A stretch of DNA of 64,000 bases from Candidatus Hermodarchaeota archaeon (GCA_048885525.1 JBHLLP010000015.1:15055-79054); one strand, 5' to 3'; shown: positions 9,995 to 20,556, counted from the first letter of the stretch. Notes: generated by a model not told the origin, from the letters alone. Translations and numbers: made by a program.

Positions 9995-11254
9995 ATGGGA
10001 AAATTAGCAAGAAGAGTGGCCATGATTGGAGCGGGTATGAGTAAATTTGGAGCACATTTTCCTCATAAAAGAAATCCAGATTTATGGATTGATGCCTGGC
10101 TTGATGCAGTAAGTAGAGTTGATAATGGTATTGAACCTAAAGACATTGATGCTTGTTATGTTGGAAATTATTCTTCAGATCTATTTAATCACCAAGGACA
10201 TTTAGGGCCTCAAATGGCAGACTTAGTAGGATTAGTACCTAAACCAGCAGGTCGATTCGAAGGGGCATGTGCTAGTAGTGGAATTGCCCTTAGACAAGCA
10301 ATTTTAGCAATTGCATCAGGAGTTCACGATGTTATTGCAGTAAGTGGAGTTGAATGTATGACAGAACAACCTACAGTGAATGTTACAGATGTATTAGCTA
10401 CAGCTTCAGATAGTTTATTTGAATATCCTGCTGGAGCAACATTTCCTGGTTTATACGCGACTTTAGCTTCAGCTCATTTCCACAAATATGGAACCACGGT
10501 GGAAGATTTAATGAGAGTTGGTATTAAAAATCATGAAAATGGTAAGGAAAATCCTTATGCTCAAATGCAAAGTTCTATTAAAGATATGATGAATAGTAAG
10601 ATTGCAAAAATTGAAAAATCAGGCGGAGAAGTTCCAGATTGGAAGGATGAATTTGATTATCTTAAAAGTAGTTCAAATCCTATTATTGCTTACCCTTTAA
10701 GGTTATTCGATTGTAGTCTAATTACTGATGGAGCTGCATGTGTATTTTTAGCAGCTGAAAATGTGGCAAAAAATTTTACTGATACTCCAATTTGGATTAA
10801 AGGTACTGGTCAAGGTAGTGCAGCATTATCTTTACATGATAGAGATGATTTAACTAGTTTTATTGCATCTAAAGAAGCAGCGCGACAAGCATATGAAATG
10901 TCGGGATTAAAACCTAAAGACATTCAGGTTGCTGAAGTTCATGATTGCTTTACTATTGCAGAAATAGTAGCATTAGAAGATTTAGGATTTTATGAAAAAG
11001 GGAAAGCTGTTGATGCAATTAGAGATGGGGAAACTAAACGAGATGGTTCATTGCCAATAAATACGAGTGGAGGTTTAAAAAGTAAAGGTCATCCTGTGGG
11101 TGCTACTGGCGCAGCATTTTGTGTAGAAGCGTTCAAACAAATGAGGGGTATTGCTGAAAGAAATAGGCAAGTAAAATTTGATGTAGAAAGAATGTTAACT
11201 CATAATTTAGGTGGTTCAGGAGCTACATGTGTGGTGACAATTTTTGAAAAATAG
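9995..11254 (+). CDS. Thiolase (SCP2-type / archaeal acetyl-CoA acetyltransferase family)
   Basis: EGACASSG catalytic Cys; EVHDCFT; INTSGGLKSKGHPVGATG; HNLGGSG. Confidence 0.92.
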   Translation: MGKLARRVAMIGAGMSKFGAHFPHKRNPDLWIDAWLDAVSRVDNGIEPKDIDACYVGNYSSDLFNHQGHLGPQMADLVGLVPKPAGRFEGACASSGIALRQAILAIASGVHDVIAVSGVECMTEQPTVNVTDVLATASDSLFEYPAGATFPGLYATLASAHFHKYGTTVEDLMRVGIKNHENGKENPYAQMQSSIKDMMNSKIAKIEKSGGEVPDWKDEFDYLKSSSNPIIAYPLRLFDCSLITDGAACVFLAAENVAKNFTDTPIWIKGTGQGSAALSLHDRDDLTSFIASKEAARQAYEMSGLKPKDIQVAEVHDCFTIAEIVALEDLGFYEKGKAVDAIRDGETKRDGSLPINTSGGLKSKGHPVGATGAAFCVEAFKQMRGIAERNRQVKFDVERMLTHNLGGSGATCVVTIFEK

Positions 11255-11265
11255 AGGTGTAAAAA

Positions 11266-11688
11266 ATGACTGAAAGTGAAAGAGATTTTACAATAAAAAG
11301 TTATATAGATTATTTATCTGAAAAGAAATTAATGGGTTCAAAATGTAAAGGTTGTGGTGCTACCTATGTTCCTGTAAGAAAATTGTGTACTAAATGCGCT
11401 AAAGCAAACATGGAATGGGTGGAAATGTCAGGAAATGGCAAAATTGCAGCTTTTACGAGTATAACAGTTGGCACTCCATTTTTTGTGGAAAAAGGGTATA
11501 ATAGAAATAAACCTTATTGTTTTTCAGTAATAAAACTAGACGAAGGTCCAATGGTAAGCGGACAGTTAATAGGAGTAGATGAGAGTAAACCTGAAACAAT
11601 TAAGATTGGGACACCTGTTAAAGCCACATTTATTGAAACGGATATTAAAGGTGAAACAAGGGTTGATCTTGGTTTTGAACCCATTTAA
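11266..11688 (+). CDS. DUF35 family Zn-ribbon/OB-fold protein (thiolase partner)
   Basis: CKGCG....P.R..CTKC Zn ribbon plus OB fold; adjacent to thiolase; GAGGTGT RBS. Confidence 0.9.
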   Translation: MTESERDFTIKSYIDYLSEKKLMGSKCKGCGATYVPVRKLCTKCAKANMEWVEMSGNGKIAAFTSITVGTPFFVEKGYNRNKPYCFSVIKLDEGPMVSGQLIGVDESKPETIKIGTPVKATFIETDIKGETRVDLGFEPI

Positions 11689-11725
11689 AAATATAATTTT
11701 TTTTTCCTTTAATTTCAGAATATCC

Positions 11726-13756
11726 TTAACCTAAATATTCAAATTTAGTTTGAAGTTGAATATTTCGTGAAGAACTCCCTATTAATATGATGAATTCTCC
11801 TTTTTCTGCAATCCATTTCCCATTTATTTCACTAAAAAAAGAAAGATCACTTTTATCTATTTCAAATTCAATCATTGATCTTTCTCTTGGTTTAAGGGAT
11901 ACTCTTTTAAATCCTTTAAGTTCTTTAAAAGGTCTCTCTTCACTGGATTCAACATCTCGTATATATAGTTGAACAATTTCTGTACCTGAATAATCACCTG
12001 AATTTACAATGTCAACAGAAATAATAAGAGATTCACTACTAGTAATTTTTTCTTGAGAAATTATAAGATTTTCATAGTCAAATTTAGTGTAGGATAATCC
12101 ATGACCAAAGGGAAAAAGGGGTTCAATATTTTTTGTATCAAAATAGCGATAACCAACAAAAATTCCTTCATCATAAAAAACTTTTTCATCGCCGGGATAA
12201 GTTTTTTTGGATTTATGTGCCGGTGAATCAGAGAGTTTTTTTGGAAACGTTATAGGAAGTTTGCCCGAAGGATTTACATCACCAAAAAGTATAGCAGCAA
12301 TCGCATTTCCAGACTCCATACCACCGTACCAAGCTTGTATCACAACTGGAACCCTGTTAATCCATTCAATCATAGATACTGGACTTCCCGAAATTAAAAC
12401 TACTATTGTATTTAAACTTTCTTTAACTGTTTTTTTAATAAGATCAACTTGTTCTGGAGGCAAACTAAAAGAATTTCTGTCATCACCTTCCACATCCATT
12501 CCTTTCATATGTTTGAGTCCAACAAAAATTAGAGATATATCTGCTTTAGAAGGTGAATCAATTATATCAATTTTACCTTGGCATTTCTTTTTTAACCCTT
12601 CAAGTGGTGTAATCTCGTAAGGAGGAAAATTGTCAGAGCTTCCACCTCCTAGATATGTCTGTAAATTCGCATTTGGCCCAATTACAGCAATTTTCTTAAT
12701 TTTCTCAATATCTAAAGGAAGAATATTTCTATTATTTTTTAAAAGGATTATACCTTCTTCAGCAATTTTACGGGATAAAGCTTGATGTTCAGGAGTATTA
12801 CGACTTCCTTTTGGCAAAATACTCTCATCATCAAAAAGACCCGTAAGAAACATTACTCTCAGCAATCGTTTTATATTGTTATTCAATGTTTCTTTTGAGA
12901 ATTTACCGTCTTCATAAGCCTTTTTCAATCTGGATTTCATATACTTATTTTGCATTGGCATTTCTAAAGTTAAACCTGCATTTACGCAACTTTCTGTACT
13001 TGATGTACGAAGTGTTGCCATCCAATCTGATACAACAAAACCTCTAAATCCCCAATTATTCCTCAATACTTCTCTAAGGAAGTGTTTATGCTCAGAACCA
13101 TATATTCCGTTTATTTTATTATAACTACTCATTATTGACCATGCATCTGCTTCTTCTACAGCTGCTTTAAATGCTGGAAAATATATCTCTTGAAGCGCCC
13201 TTTCACACACCTCCGAACTTACAGTAAATCTATTTATTTCTTGATTATTACAGATAAAATGTTTTACACATGCTGCAATTCTTTGACTTTGAACTCCTTT
13301 TACCATAGCATTCGCTAATTTTTTATTTAAATATGGATCTTCTGTTTGATATTCAAATGTTCGACCACACATAGGTGTTCTTTGAATATTTATTCCTGGA
13401 GCAAGTAGCATTTGGCCCCCAACATCCCGGACTTCTTGTGCTATTGCTATTCCAAATTGCTCAGATAATTCTGGATTCCAAGTAGCAGCTCTGCAAATAG
13501 CTGAAGGAAAATAAGTGGATTGTATTTTACCTTGACTATCAACCCTAACTCCATGAGGGCCATCATGCATAGCAAATGGTTTTATCCCTAATCTTTTTAT
13601 TGGTTTTGTATACCAGTTTCGCCTTCCTGCACATAATTTAAACTTTTCTTCTAATGTTAATCTTTCTAATAAATCTTCTACTCTTTTCTCAAGATCAAGA
13701 TTACTATCCATAAATGGAAGTTCAGATAAATTTAGTTCCTCAGTTTTTTTACTCAT
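11726..13756 (-). CDS. GH3 beta-glucosidase (BglX-like) with C-terminal FnIII-like domain
   Basis: DGPHGVR; KHFICN; VVSDW nucleophile motif; PSGKLP.TFP; EGIFVGYRYFD; FPFGHGLSYT. ATG at 13756 (track starts at 13765). Confidence 0.93.
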   Translation of the reverse strand: MSKKTEELNLSELPFMDSNLDLEKRVEDLLERLTLEEKFKLCAGRRNWYTKPIKRLGIKPFAMHDGPHGVRVDSQGKIQSTYFPSAICRAATWNPELSEQFGIAIAQEVRDVGGQMLLAPGINIQRTPMCGRTFEYQTEDPYLNKKLANAMVKGVQSQRIAACVKHFICNNQEINRFTVSSEVCERALQEIYFPAFKAAVEEADAWSIMSSYNKINGIYGSEHKHFLREVLRNNWGFRGFVVSDWMATLRTSSTESCVNAGLTLEMPMQNKYMKSRLKKAYEDGKFSKETLNNNIKRLLRVMFLTGLFDDESILPKGSRNTPEHQALSRKIAEEGIILLKNNRNILPLDIEKIKKIAVIGPNANLQTYLGGGSSDNFPPYEITPLEGLKKKCQGKIDIIDSPSKADISLIFVGLKHMKGMDVEGDDRNSFSLPPEQVDLIKKTVKESLNTIVVLISGSPVSMIEWINRVPVVIQAWYGGMESGNAIAAILFGDVNPSGKLPITFPKKLSDSPAHKSKKTYPGDEKVFYDEGIFVGYRYFDTKNIEPLFPFGHGLSYTKFDYENLIISQEKITSSESLIISVDIVNSGDYSGTEIVQLYIRDVESSEERPFKELKGFKRVSLKPRERSMIEFEIDKSDLSFFSEINGKWIAEKGEFIILIGSSSRNIQLQTKFEYLG

Positions 13757-13868
13757 TATAACCACTTTTTTTATTAATAAAATCTAAAAAAAAATTAAGA
13801 TTTATCTATACATAGAAAATAATTTGAAGAAGATTTTTTATATATATCCTTCCCTATGGTGAATTTTA

Positions 13869-15065
13869 ATTCAAAGGAAATTTAGAAAATTAATTCCATT
13901 AATCATTATTTTAGTAGGAATAATTCTGTTTTTTATATTCTATTTTTTCCCTAACAATTTAAAAATTCAAAATCTTAATATTGAATTAAAGTTTAGTGGT
14001 GAAAATTCTTATTCTTTTATCGAAGATCAGTTAGACATTGGTTTTAGAATACCAGGAACTATTGAACGTATTAATTGTGCTAATTATTTTATATCCAAAT
14101 TTGAAGAAATTGACAGTAATTTCACTTATAATCTTCATAATTTTACGACTCATTTAACTGAATGTCAAAATATACTTTTTAAATTAAATGAAGCCAGAAC
14201 TAACATAATAATATTAGGAGCTCATTATGATTCTCGTGCTAAAGCAACAAAAGATCCTATAATTGCAAATAGAAGCAATCCGGTTCCAGGTGCAAATGAT
14301 GGAGCAAGTGGCTGCGCTGTTTTAATTGAGCTCGCAAATGTGCTTTATTCAGAGCGAGATAATTTATCTTGTCAAGTATGGTTTCTATTTTTTGATGCCG
14401 AAGATCAAGGATTGGATAATGCATATGGGATGGATGGATGGGATTGGTGTGAAGGATCCCAGAAATTTGTTTCAGATATTAATAATTTTTATAACTCTGA
14501 GATAGAGAATTTTGAATGTATGATTCTATTAGATATGGTGGGAGGGGAAAATCTAAAATTTATCAATGAACAGTACTCAACTTCTTCTTTATTAGATGAA
14601 TTATTTTCAATAGGTAGACATTTAGGTTATACTCATCAATTTCCTTCGAATCCTGAGAGTGCCTCAATAATAGATGATCATAGACCGTTCTTAAGCGCAG
14701 GCATCCCTTCAGCAGATTTAATAATAAATTTTTGGGATAATCCTGGGTGGCCTTATCATCACACTACACAAGATGATCTTTCTCATATTTCAAACTATAG
14801 CCTTGAAGCTACAGGAAAAACAGTTGAGCAATTTATTTACAATAATTATCTTGATGATCCATTTAATCTTTATCAAGGTAATTATCCATGGAGTCAAGAT
14901 ATAAATGTACCAAATATAGAAATAATTATAATAATTATCGTAGCTATTGTTGGAGTTTCTATTGTTATATTGATTTTTACTAGAAATACTTCAAATAATG
15001 AAGTTGAATCAGGAATACGCAAAAAATCCAATTCCTTCTATTTTATTATTGTTCCACACTGGTAG
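13869..15065 (+). CDS. M28-family peptidase / glutaminyl-cyclase-like, N-terminal signal-anchor and C-terminal TM; probable ATT start
   Basis: Frame is open from 13863 (after TGA at 13860-62) with no ATG/GTG/TTG until 14340. It already encodes GAHYDSR and PGANDGASG before the track start; later FDAED, LLDMVG, DDH, HHT. GGTGA RBS at 13858-62. Confidence 0.85.
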   Translation: MQRKFRKLIPLIIILVGIILFFIFYFFPNNLKIQNLNIELKFSGENSYSFIEDQLDIGFRIPGTIERINCANYFISKFEEIDSNFTYNLHNFTTHLTECQNILFKLNEARTNIIILGAHYDSRAKATKDPIIANRSNPVPGANDGASGCAVLIELANVLYSERDNLSCQVWFLFFDAEDQGLDNAYGMDGWDWCEGSQKFVSDINNFYNSEIENFECMILLDMVGGENLKFINEQYSTSSLLDELFSIGRHLGYTHQFPSNPESASIIDDHRPFLSAGIPSADLIINFWDNPGWPYHHTTQDDLSHISNYSLEATGKTVEQFIYNNYLDDPFNLYQGNYPWSQDINVPNIEIIIIIIVAIVGVSIVILIFTRNTSNNEVESGIRKKSNSFYFIIVPHW

Positions 15066-16012
15066 CAAAATTTTTCAGTCAGTTCTAATTTCATTCCACA
15101 AAATCTGCAAATAATATGAGTTTCTTTTAGTTTTTCTTCTTTTTTCTCTTGAATTGTAGGGATTGTTCTTATATCTTCAGTTTTCACTTGAGGAGCTTTA
15201 ATCACCGGTTCCTCATATGATTTTGGTTGTTCTATCTTTGAGCTTGGGGGAATTTCTTGTTCTTGTGGCATGATAACTATTTTTGGTTCTCTTTCTTTTT
15301 TGATTGTTATCACTGGCTTTACAATTTCCTCTTGTTCAATTTCTGGCAGAACTTTCTTAAGTTGAGCTCCACAATTAACACAAAATTGATTCTTCAAGTC
15401 TAAGATTTTATGACCACAGCTATGACAAAGGTTAATTATTTCACTAGACGGTCTACCTTTATAGGGATTGATTGTAGGGATCGATTTTAATTCTTCAGTT
15501 TTTAATTGAGAAGCTTTTAGTAAATGGTTTATTCGATCTTTTTTTGCTTTTAATCGTTCTTTAAAGAATTTCTCTTGCAAATTTGAGTATTCCTTATAAT
15601 TCTCTACTGTTGTTTTTCTTAAACTATTCTTAGTTCCACAAACTTCACAAACGTCCTTATTTATAATGGTAAATTCCCCACAATAAAGACAAAAAAAAGG
15701 ATGATCTTTTAAAAAAGACTCTATATCTCCTTCTTTTAAATCCAATATACTCGGATGAGATTCTTCCGGTCCTAGCTTTTGTTCTCTTATTTGAGCTTGG
15801 CTAGGTGATCGTTTTTCTATAATGTAATGCTGAAAATCCTTTTTTTTAGCTAATCTTAAACTATATCTATTTCCACAACCTTCACAATATTCTCTATGTG
15901 TATCTGTAAATTTCTTGCAGCTATCACAAATATAAGGTTGGGCCTTTAAGAATGCTTTCCTATCTTGTATTAAAGGTTTGTGATCTTCTGTTGACCATTT
16001 TTCTGAAAAAAT
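15038..16012 (-). CDS. Multi-zinc-ribbon protein (four CxxC..CxxC units); N-terminus extends beyond the track ORF, non-canonical start
   Basis: Frame is open 89 codons upstream of the TTG at 15745 and encodes an extra finger (FLKAQPYICDSC....EYCEGCGNRYSLR) that repeats FLKDHPFFCLYC....DVCEVCGTKNSLR. It is closed by TGA inside GGTGA at 16016-20. Confidence 0.75.
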   Translation of the reverse strand: MFSEKWSTEDHKPLIQDRKAFLKAQPYICDSCKKFTDTHREYCEGCGNRYSLRLAKKKDFQHYIIEKRSPSQAQIREQKLGPEESHPSILDLKEGDIESFLKDHPFFCLYCGEFTIINKDVCEVCGTKNSLRKTTVENYKEYSNLQEKFFKERLKAKKDRINHLLKASQLKTEELKSIPTINPYKGRPSSEIINLCHSCGHKILDLKNQFCVNCGAQLKKVLPEIEQEEIVKPVITIKKEREPKIVIMPQEQEIPPSSKIEQPKSYEEPVIKAPQVKTEDIRTIPTIQEKKEEKLKETHIICRFCGMKLELTEKFCYQCGTIIK

Positions 16013-16122
16013 ATTTCACCATAAAAACTATTATTTATGGAATAAAAATGGATTATTAGTTTTTTAAATAATTTAGAATTTAAATATTTCTGTAAACATT
16101 AAATAAGGAATTTTGAAATAAA

Positions 16123-16746
16123 TTATTTCTTAATCCCTAAAATTGCTCGATGTCTCTGTCTATCATTGTAAATTTCTAATATATTAAATGAACCAAAAAC
16201 CTCATGAATTTCCTCCATAGTAAAAAAATGGTGTGGAAGTCCTTTTTCTTGTCCTGCTTGAGGTATATAAGTATTTTTCTCAATTTCCTTTAGCTCCCAC
16301 TCTTCTAATCTAGATGTGCCTTCCAATCTAGGGAAAGTTATAAATATAATACCACCTTTTTTTAAAACCCTATCAATTTCGTTTACTGTGATTAATATAT
16401 CTTTCATTCTATTATGATGAATAACCTGAATTGATATAATGGCATCAAAAAAATTATCTTCATAGGGAAATTTTTCTTCCATTCTATGAAGGATTATTTC
16501 AGTCTTCAGACCTTCCTCTGAAAGCCACTTTTTAGCAATTGAAATTCCTTTAGGTGAAGAATCCATACCATAGATTTCAAATCCCTTTTTTGAAAAATAT
16601 AAAAGATGGCGACCCGTTCCAGACCCAATGTCTAATATTTTCTGTACTCCCCTCTCTTTAAAGAGTTTTGCAATTTTATCCATATCTTGATGAGGTTCAG
16701 TGAAAACTTTACCCTTTTCAGAGAAAATTTTATCCCAATCTGGCAT
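16123..16746 (-). CDS. Class I SAM-dependent methyltransferase
   Basis: ILDIGSGTGRH motif I; FDAIISIQVIHH; RVLKKGG. ATG (MPDWDK) preferred as start. Confidence 0.88.
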   Translation of the reverse strand: MPDWDKIFSEKGKVFTEPHQDMDKIAKLFKERGVQKILDIGSGTGRHLLYFSKKGFEIYGMDSSPKGISIAKKWLSEEGLKTEIILHRMEEKFPYEDNFFDAIISIQVIHHNRMKDILITVNEIDRVLKKGGIIFITFPRLEGTSRLEEWELKEIEKNTYIPQAGQEKGLPHHFFTMEEIHEVFGSFNILEIYNDRQRHRAILGIKK

Positions 16747-16770
16747 AAAAAGTATCAAACCTTTAAAAAA

Positions 16771-17736
16771 TTAATCGTAATTACAGTCCCAGAAATATCT
16801 TCCATGCTCCTTTTTAAAAGCTTCTGCTACTTCATCTACTTGAGGTCGAATAAATTCATAACCATCTTTAATACATTCATAATTAACTGGTAATACATCT
16901 AAGATCTCACCATCAACTTGACAAATATAAGGATTAGGCTCTTCAGAATCTAACATCTCAACTCTTACTTTTTTACTGGTGTATTCATAGATATTCGGAT
17001 GAGGTAAAAGAGTAGCTTTATACATTCTGTTAAAATGTTTAAGTAATTTGAATTTACCAATATCTACAATATTTACATGAAAAAGACCATCATTTACTTG
17101 AGCTCTCTGGCAAATGTACATAAAACCTCCATAACTAGGACCATTAGCACATGCTAAAAGATTAGCATATCCCTCAAAAGCGTCATTATCCATAGTTACC
17201 TTAATTTGTTTATTCTTCCAAGGTAATAACGCTATAAGAGTTTGGGTAAAATAACTTTTCCCTCTTTTAGCCTTATTAAATCTCCTAGTTACATCACTGT
17301 CGAAACCCTGACTCCCAATCCCTAAGAAGTAACGTTCAATACCTGAGTCAGTTTTTGCATAACCAATATCTGATTTACTACTATTATTTTCAGCAATTAT
17401 CTCACAAGCTCTTTTTATATCAGGACGAATTCCAATAGCAGCAGGAATATCATTTCCAGATCCCATAGGAATAAACCCACATAAGGCATTAGTATTCGAA
17501 GTTATAACTCCATTCATGACTTCATTACAAGTGCCATCTCCTCCAGCACCAATAACTTTATATCCATCTTTTGCTAATTGCCTTCCTAATTCTATTGCAT
17601 GTCTCATATATTCAGTATCAAACAATTTGTATGAAACATTTAACTCTTTAAGACATTTTTCCATAAAATTAATATCTCTTTTTGCCCCTTTCCCTTTACC
17701 AGCCTCAGGATTATAAATTATTGCATAATCTTCCAT
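16771..17736 (-). CDS. Diacylglycerol-kinase-family lipid kinase (YegS/DgkB-like)
   Basis: IIYNPEAG; GAGGDGTCNEV; IPMGSGND; GFDS.V; ANGPSYGG; QVDGE. ATG (MEDYAII) preferred as start. Confidence 0.9.
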   Translation of the reverse strand: MEDYAIIYNPEAGKGKGAKRDINFMEKCLKELNVSYKLFDTEYMRHAIELGRQLAKDGYKVIGAGGDGTCNEVMNGVITSNTNALCGFIPMGSGNDIPAAIGIRPDIKRACEIIAENNSSKSDIGYAKTDSGIERYFLGIGSQGFDSDVTRRFNKAKRGKSYFTQTLIALLPWKNKQIKVTMDNDAFEGYANLLACANGPSYGGFMYICQRAQVNDGLFHVNIVDIGKFKLLKHFNRMYKATLLPHPNIYEYTSKKVRVEMLDSEEPNPYICQVDGEILDVLPVNYECIKDGYEFIRPQVDEVAEAFKKEHGRYFWDCNYD

Positions 17737-17924
17737 TCTTATCAAATCTGATATTATAGATGACTTAAAATAAATTAAAAATGCTTTAATCACTATTTTA
17801 AATTCTGAACTATTTAAAACTATATTTAAATTTCAAAATCTATGAGTTTAACTTTAAGCTTAGATTATAATATTCTTTCTAATTTGTTGTAAAATAATAT
17901 CTAGAAGAAAAATTAAACAAAATC

Positions 17925-18716
17925 TCAGTGTGCTCTCCATTCATGGCCACATTCGGCGCAAGAGTGTTTTTTACCATAAATTTTTGGATAATCCATGAGA
18001 ATCACGCTTTTATCATCCATTTCATGAATAAGACCTTCATTTCCACAATTAGGGCATTTTCTACGTCCATCAGCATTTTCGACCACCGATAAACTATTAT
18101 TTTGAGAAATCAAAGATAAATTATCTCCAATAGTCTTTAAAACAGATTCTTTGCTCTCTGATGGAGTTTGATTTTTAATTGATAATTCCGCTTTATTTAA
18201 TAAATAATCCTCATTAACCATTATCATATATCCCTTAACTATTGAATGAAATTCATCTTTCTTTGGCAACCTGTCATATTCTTTAATGAAATTATCTACA
18301 AATCTTTTAATTTCTTCAATTTTTATGGTGTATCCTTTTAATTCGATTAATCTCTTGATTTCTTTAATAATTTCCTCTTTTGAAAGTTTTGGTTTCTTAA
18401 TTTCATGGACAAATGTTGAGTTATTCAATTTCTTTTTAAATTCACTCCATAATTGACTAACTTGAGCATCTGTTAATTTTCCCTTAATTTGTATATATAC
18501 TCTATTATTGGGTTCTTTTAAAACTGTAATTCTATTATTCTTTCGTTGCTCATCATCATTAATACTATCAAAATAGTTTATTCTAAGTAAGGATCTTCCC
18601 AGCTTTTCAGAGGTAGTTGACAGAGATAACTTTTTTTCTAAAACATTTTCTACAATCTTTTGGATATCATCGTTGTTTTTATCTCTTATGTCGAATGAAT
18701 GACTTCTTTCCAACAT
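17925..18716 (-). CDS. Hypothetical protein with C-terminal zinc ribbon
   Basis: RRKCPNCGN...(about 25 aa)...CAECGHEWR at the C-terminus. Confidence 0.7.
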   Translation of the reverse strand: MLERSHSFDIRDKNNDDIQKIVENVLEKKLSLSTTSEKLGRSLLRINYFDSINDDEQRKNNRITVLKEPNNRVYIQIKGKLTDAQVSQLWSEFKKKLNNSTFVHEIKKPKLSKEEIIKEIKRLIELKGYTIKIEEIKRFVDNFIKEYDRLPKKDEFHSIVKGYMIMVNEDYLLNKAELSIKNQTPSESKESVLKTIGDNLSLISQNNSLSVVENADGRRKCPNCGNEGLIHEMDDKSVILMDYPKIYGKKHSCAECGHEWRAH

Positions 18717-18934
18717 TATAGCGTTCTTAACCCTATTTAAGATTGGTTTTTTTCATTCAATCTGGATAATTTTATTCTAGATTTTTTTATTTAAAATGTT
18801 TCTCTTTTAATATAATTCAAATTCTAAACTAATAGATGGAAAATTTCAATATTCTAAATTTGATTTAATATGTTAAGAAAATTTATATTGATATTTTTAT
18901 TTAATTTGACCATAGAACAACTGATTTTTTTGTT

Positions 18935-19639
18935 ATGGAGAAAAAAGATTTAATACCCGCAATTAATAAGAAAAAGATTAAGAAAAAGGAATATTCGTCA
19001 AAAAGGAAAATTATCACCACGGTTGTATTAATTATCTTAGCGTTTTCAGGATCCTTTTTAATTTATTTTATATTGCAATTGGCTTTACATACTAACACTC
19101 CTATGGTTGTTGTGGTTTCTGAATCCATGGAACCAAACCTATTAAAAGGTGATCTATTATTTTTAGAAGGAAGAGATCCATCCCAAATAAAAAATGGTAC
19201 TATAAGTGGAAAAGAAGGTGATGTTATTGTCTTTGACGCTCGAAATTTACCCGGATGGATAAAGCCTCCTAATGATCCAATTGTTCATCGTGTTATTGAT
19301 AAATGGTATGATGGTGCCTGGTTTTTTCGAACTAAAGGAGATGCAAACCCAACAATTGATGATGCTCCTGTTCCTGCTAATAGGATTTTAGGTGTTGTAA
19401 TAGGAAGAATCCCCTATATTGGATGGGTAAAAATAGTCCTTACAGATACAGGATTATTAATTCCACTATTAGTTATTGTCTCAACTTTATTGATAATAAG
19501 TATCATATGGGATATTGTAAAAAAGGATGATAATGGTAAAGAGAAAAAGAAGGGAGAACAAAACTTAATCTATAATCCAGAAGCTAAAACTGATAAATCA
19601 GTAAGACAAATTGAAATCAACTTTACAAAAAATGAATAA
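18935..19639 (+). CDS. sec11: Signal peptidase I, archaeal/ER type (S26B)
   Basis: VVVVSESMEP (catalytic Ser); GDLLF; PIVHRV (His); TKGDAN; IPYIGWVKI; flanking TMs. Confidence 0.93.
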   Translation: MEKKDLIPAINKKKIKKKEYSSKRKIITTVVLIILAFSGSFLIYFILQLALHTNTPMVVVVSESMEPNLLKGDLLFLEGRDPSQIKNGTISGKEGDVIVFDARNLPGWIKPPNDPIVHRVIDKWYDGAWFFRTKGDANPTIDDAPVPANRILGVVIGRIPYIGWVKIVLTDTGLLIPLLVIVSTLLIISIIWDIVKKDDNGKEKKKGEQNLIYNPEAKTDKSVRQIEINFTKNE

Positions 19640-19779
19640 TTCTTCTCATATTGTAGCGAAGCATTTTTCATCCATCTTATAAAAAATTTAATATAAATTT
19701 ATAAACAAATCTACTAAATATTTACTTACAACAATTTTAAAACATGAACATAATTAAAAACTAAATTTGGTGTAAAAAA

Positions 19780-19998
19780 ATGGGATGGACTCCTCCAAGC
19801 AAATTTACTGTAATTTTAACCCTTCTATTGATGGTTTTTGGAATTTTTATCTTACTTGATCTTGAGGCGCTATTTTGGACCAGTTTATTACCTGCATTTA
19901 ATATCGGAACGTTTGATGGATGGTTCATTATTGCATTGATACTATTTTTCCTCACTTGGTTTCTTTTCTTTATGGGAGTAAAGCTGAAAGGATTATAG
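19780..19998 (+). CDS. Small 2-TM membrane protein, paralog 1
   Basis: GGTGT RBS; MGWTPPSKF...FFMGVKLKGL; clear paralog of 20188-20418. Confidence 0.8.
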   Translation: MGWTPPSKFTVILTLLLMVFGIFILLDLEALFWTSLLPAFNIGTFDGWFIIALILFFLTWFLFFMGVKLKGL

Positions 19999-20187
19999 TT
20001 CTTAGACTTTTTAAAACATTTTTTTTAATTTTTACTTACAATAACTCTTTTTAATAAAAGATGAGCCTTACTTTATTATCCCTTTAGAAATTGATATACA
20101 TTTATAATTAGATAAATCAAATAACATCATATTAAATTTTAATTAGGAAAAAAAGAAAAAATTTAAAAAAAAATCGGTGTTTAGAAA

Positions 20188-20418
20188 ATGGCATGGACCC
20201 CACCAAGTAAATTTATTGTAGTTTTAACCTTTCTTTTAATGGCCTTTGGAGTATTTATCCTACTTGATATGTCTGTTATATTTTGGAATGATCTTATATT
20301 ACCTAGTGTCTATCTTCCTGGATTATCAAATTTCCAATCGTGGATGCTGATTGCTATGATATTATTCTTTTTCGCTTGGTTTCTATTTTTCCTCGGTGTA
20401 AAAGTAAAAGGTATGTGA
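20188..20418 (+). CDS. Small 2-TM membrane protein, paralog 2
   Basis: GGTGT RBS; MAWTPPSKF...FFLGVKVKGM. Confidence 0.8.
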   Translation: MAWTPPSKFIVVLTFLLMAFGVFILLDMSVIFWNDLILPSVYLPGLSNFQSWMLIAMILFFFAWFLFFLGVKVKGM

Positions 20419-20556
20419 TTTATTAATTTTTAATCTCTTTTTTTTCATTTTTATTTGGAAATATCCCTTTTGAATCAGATTATTTCAGATTATATAAAAT
20501 CTTTATTAATTTGACAATAAAATTTAAAACATTTCTAAAATTTCAAGAAAATGTTA

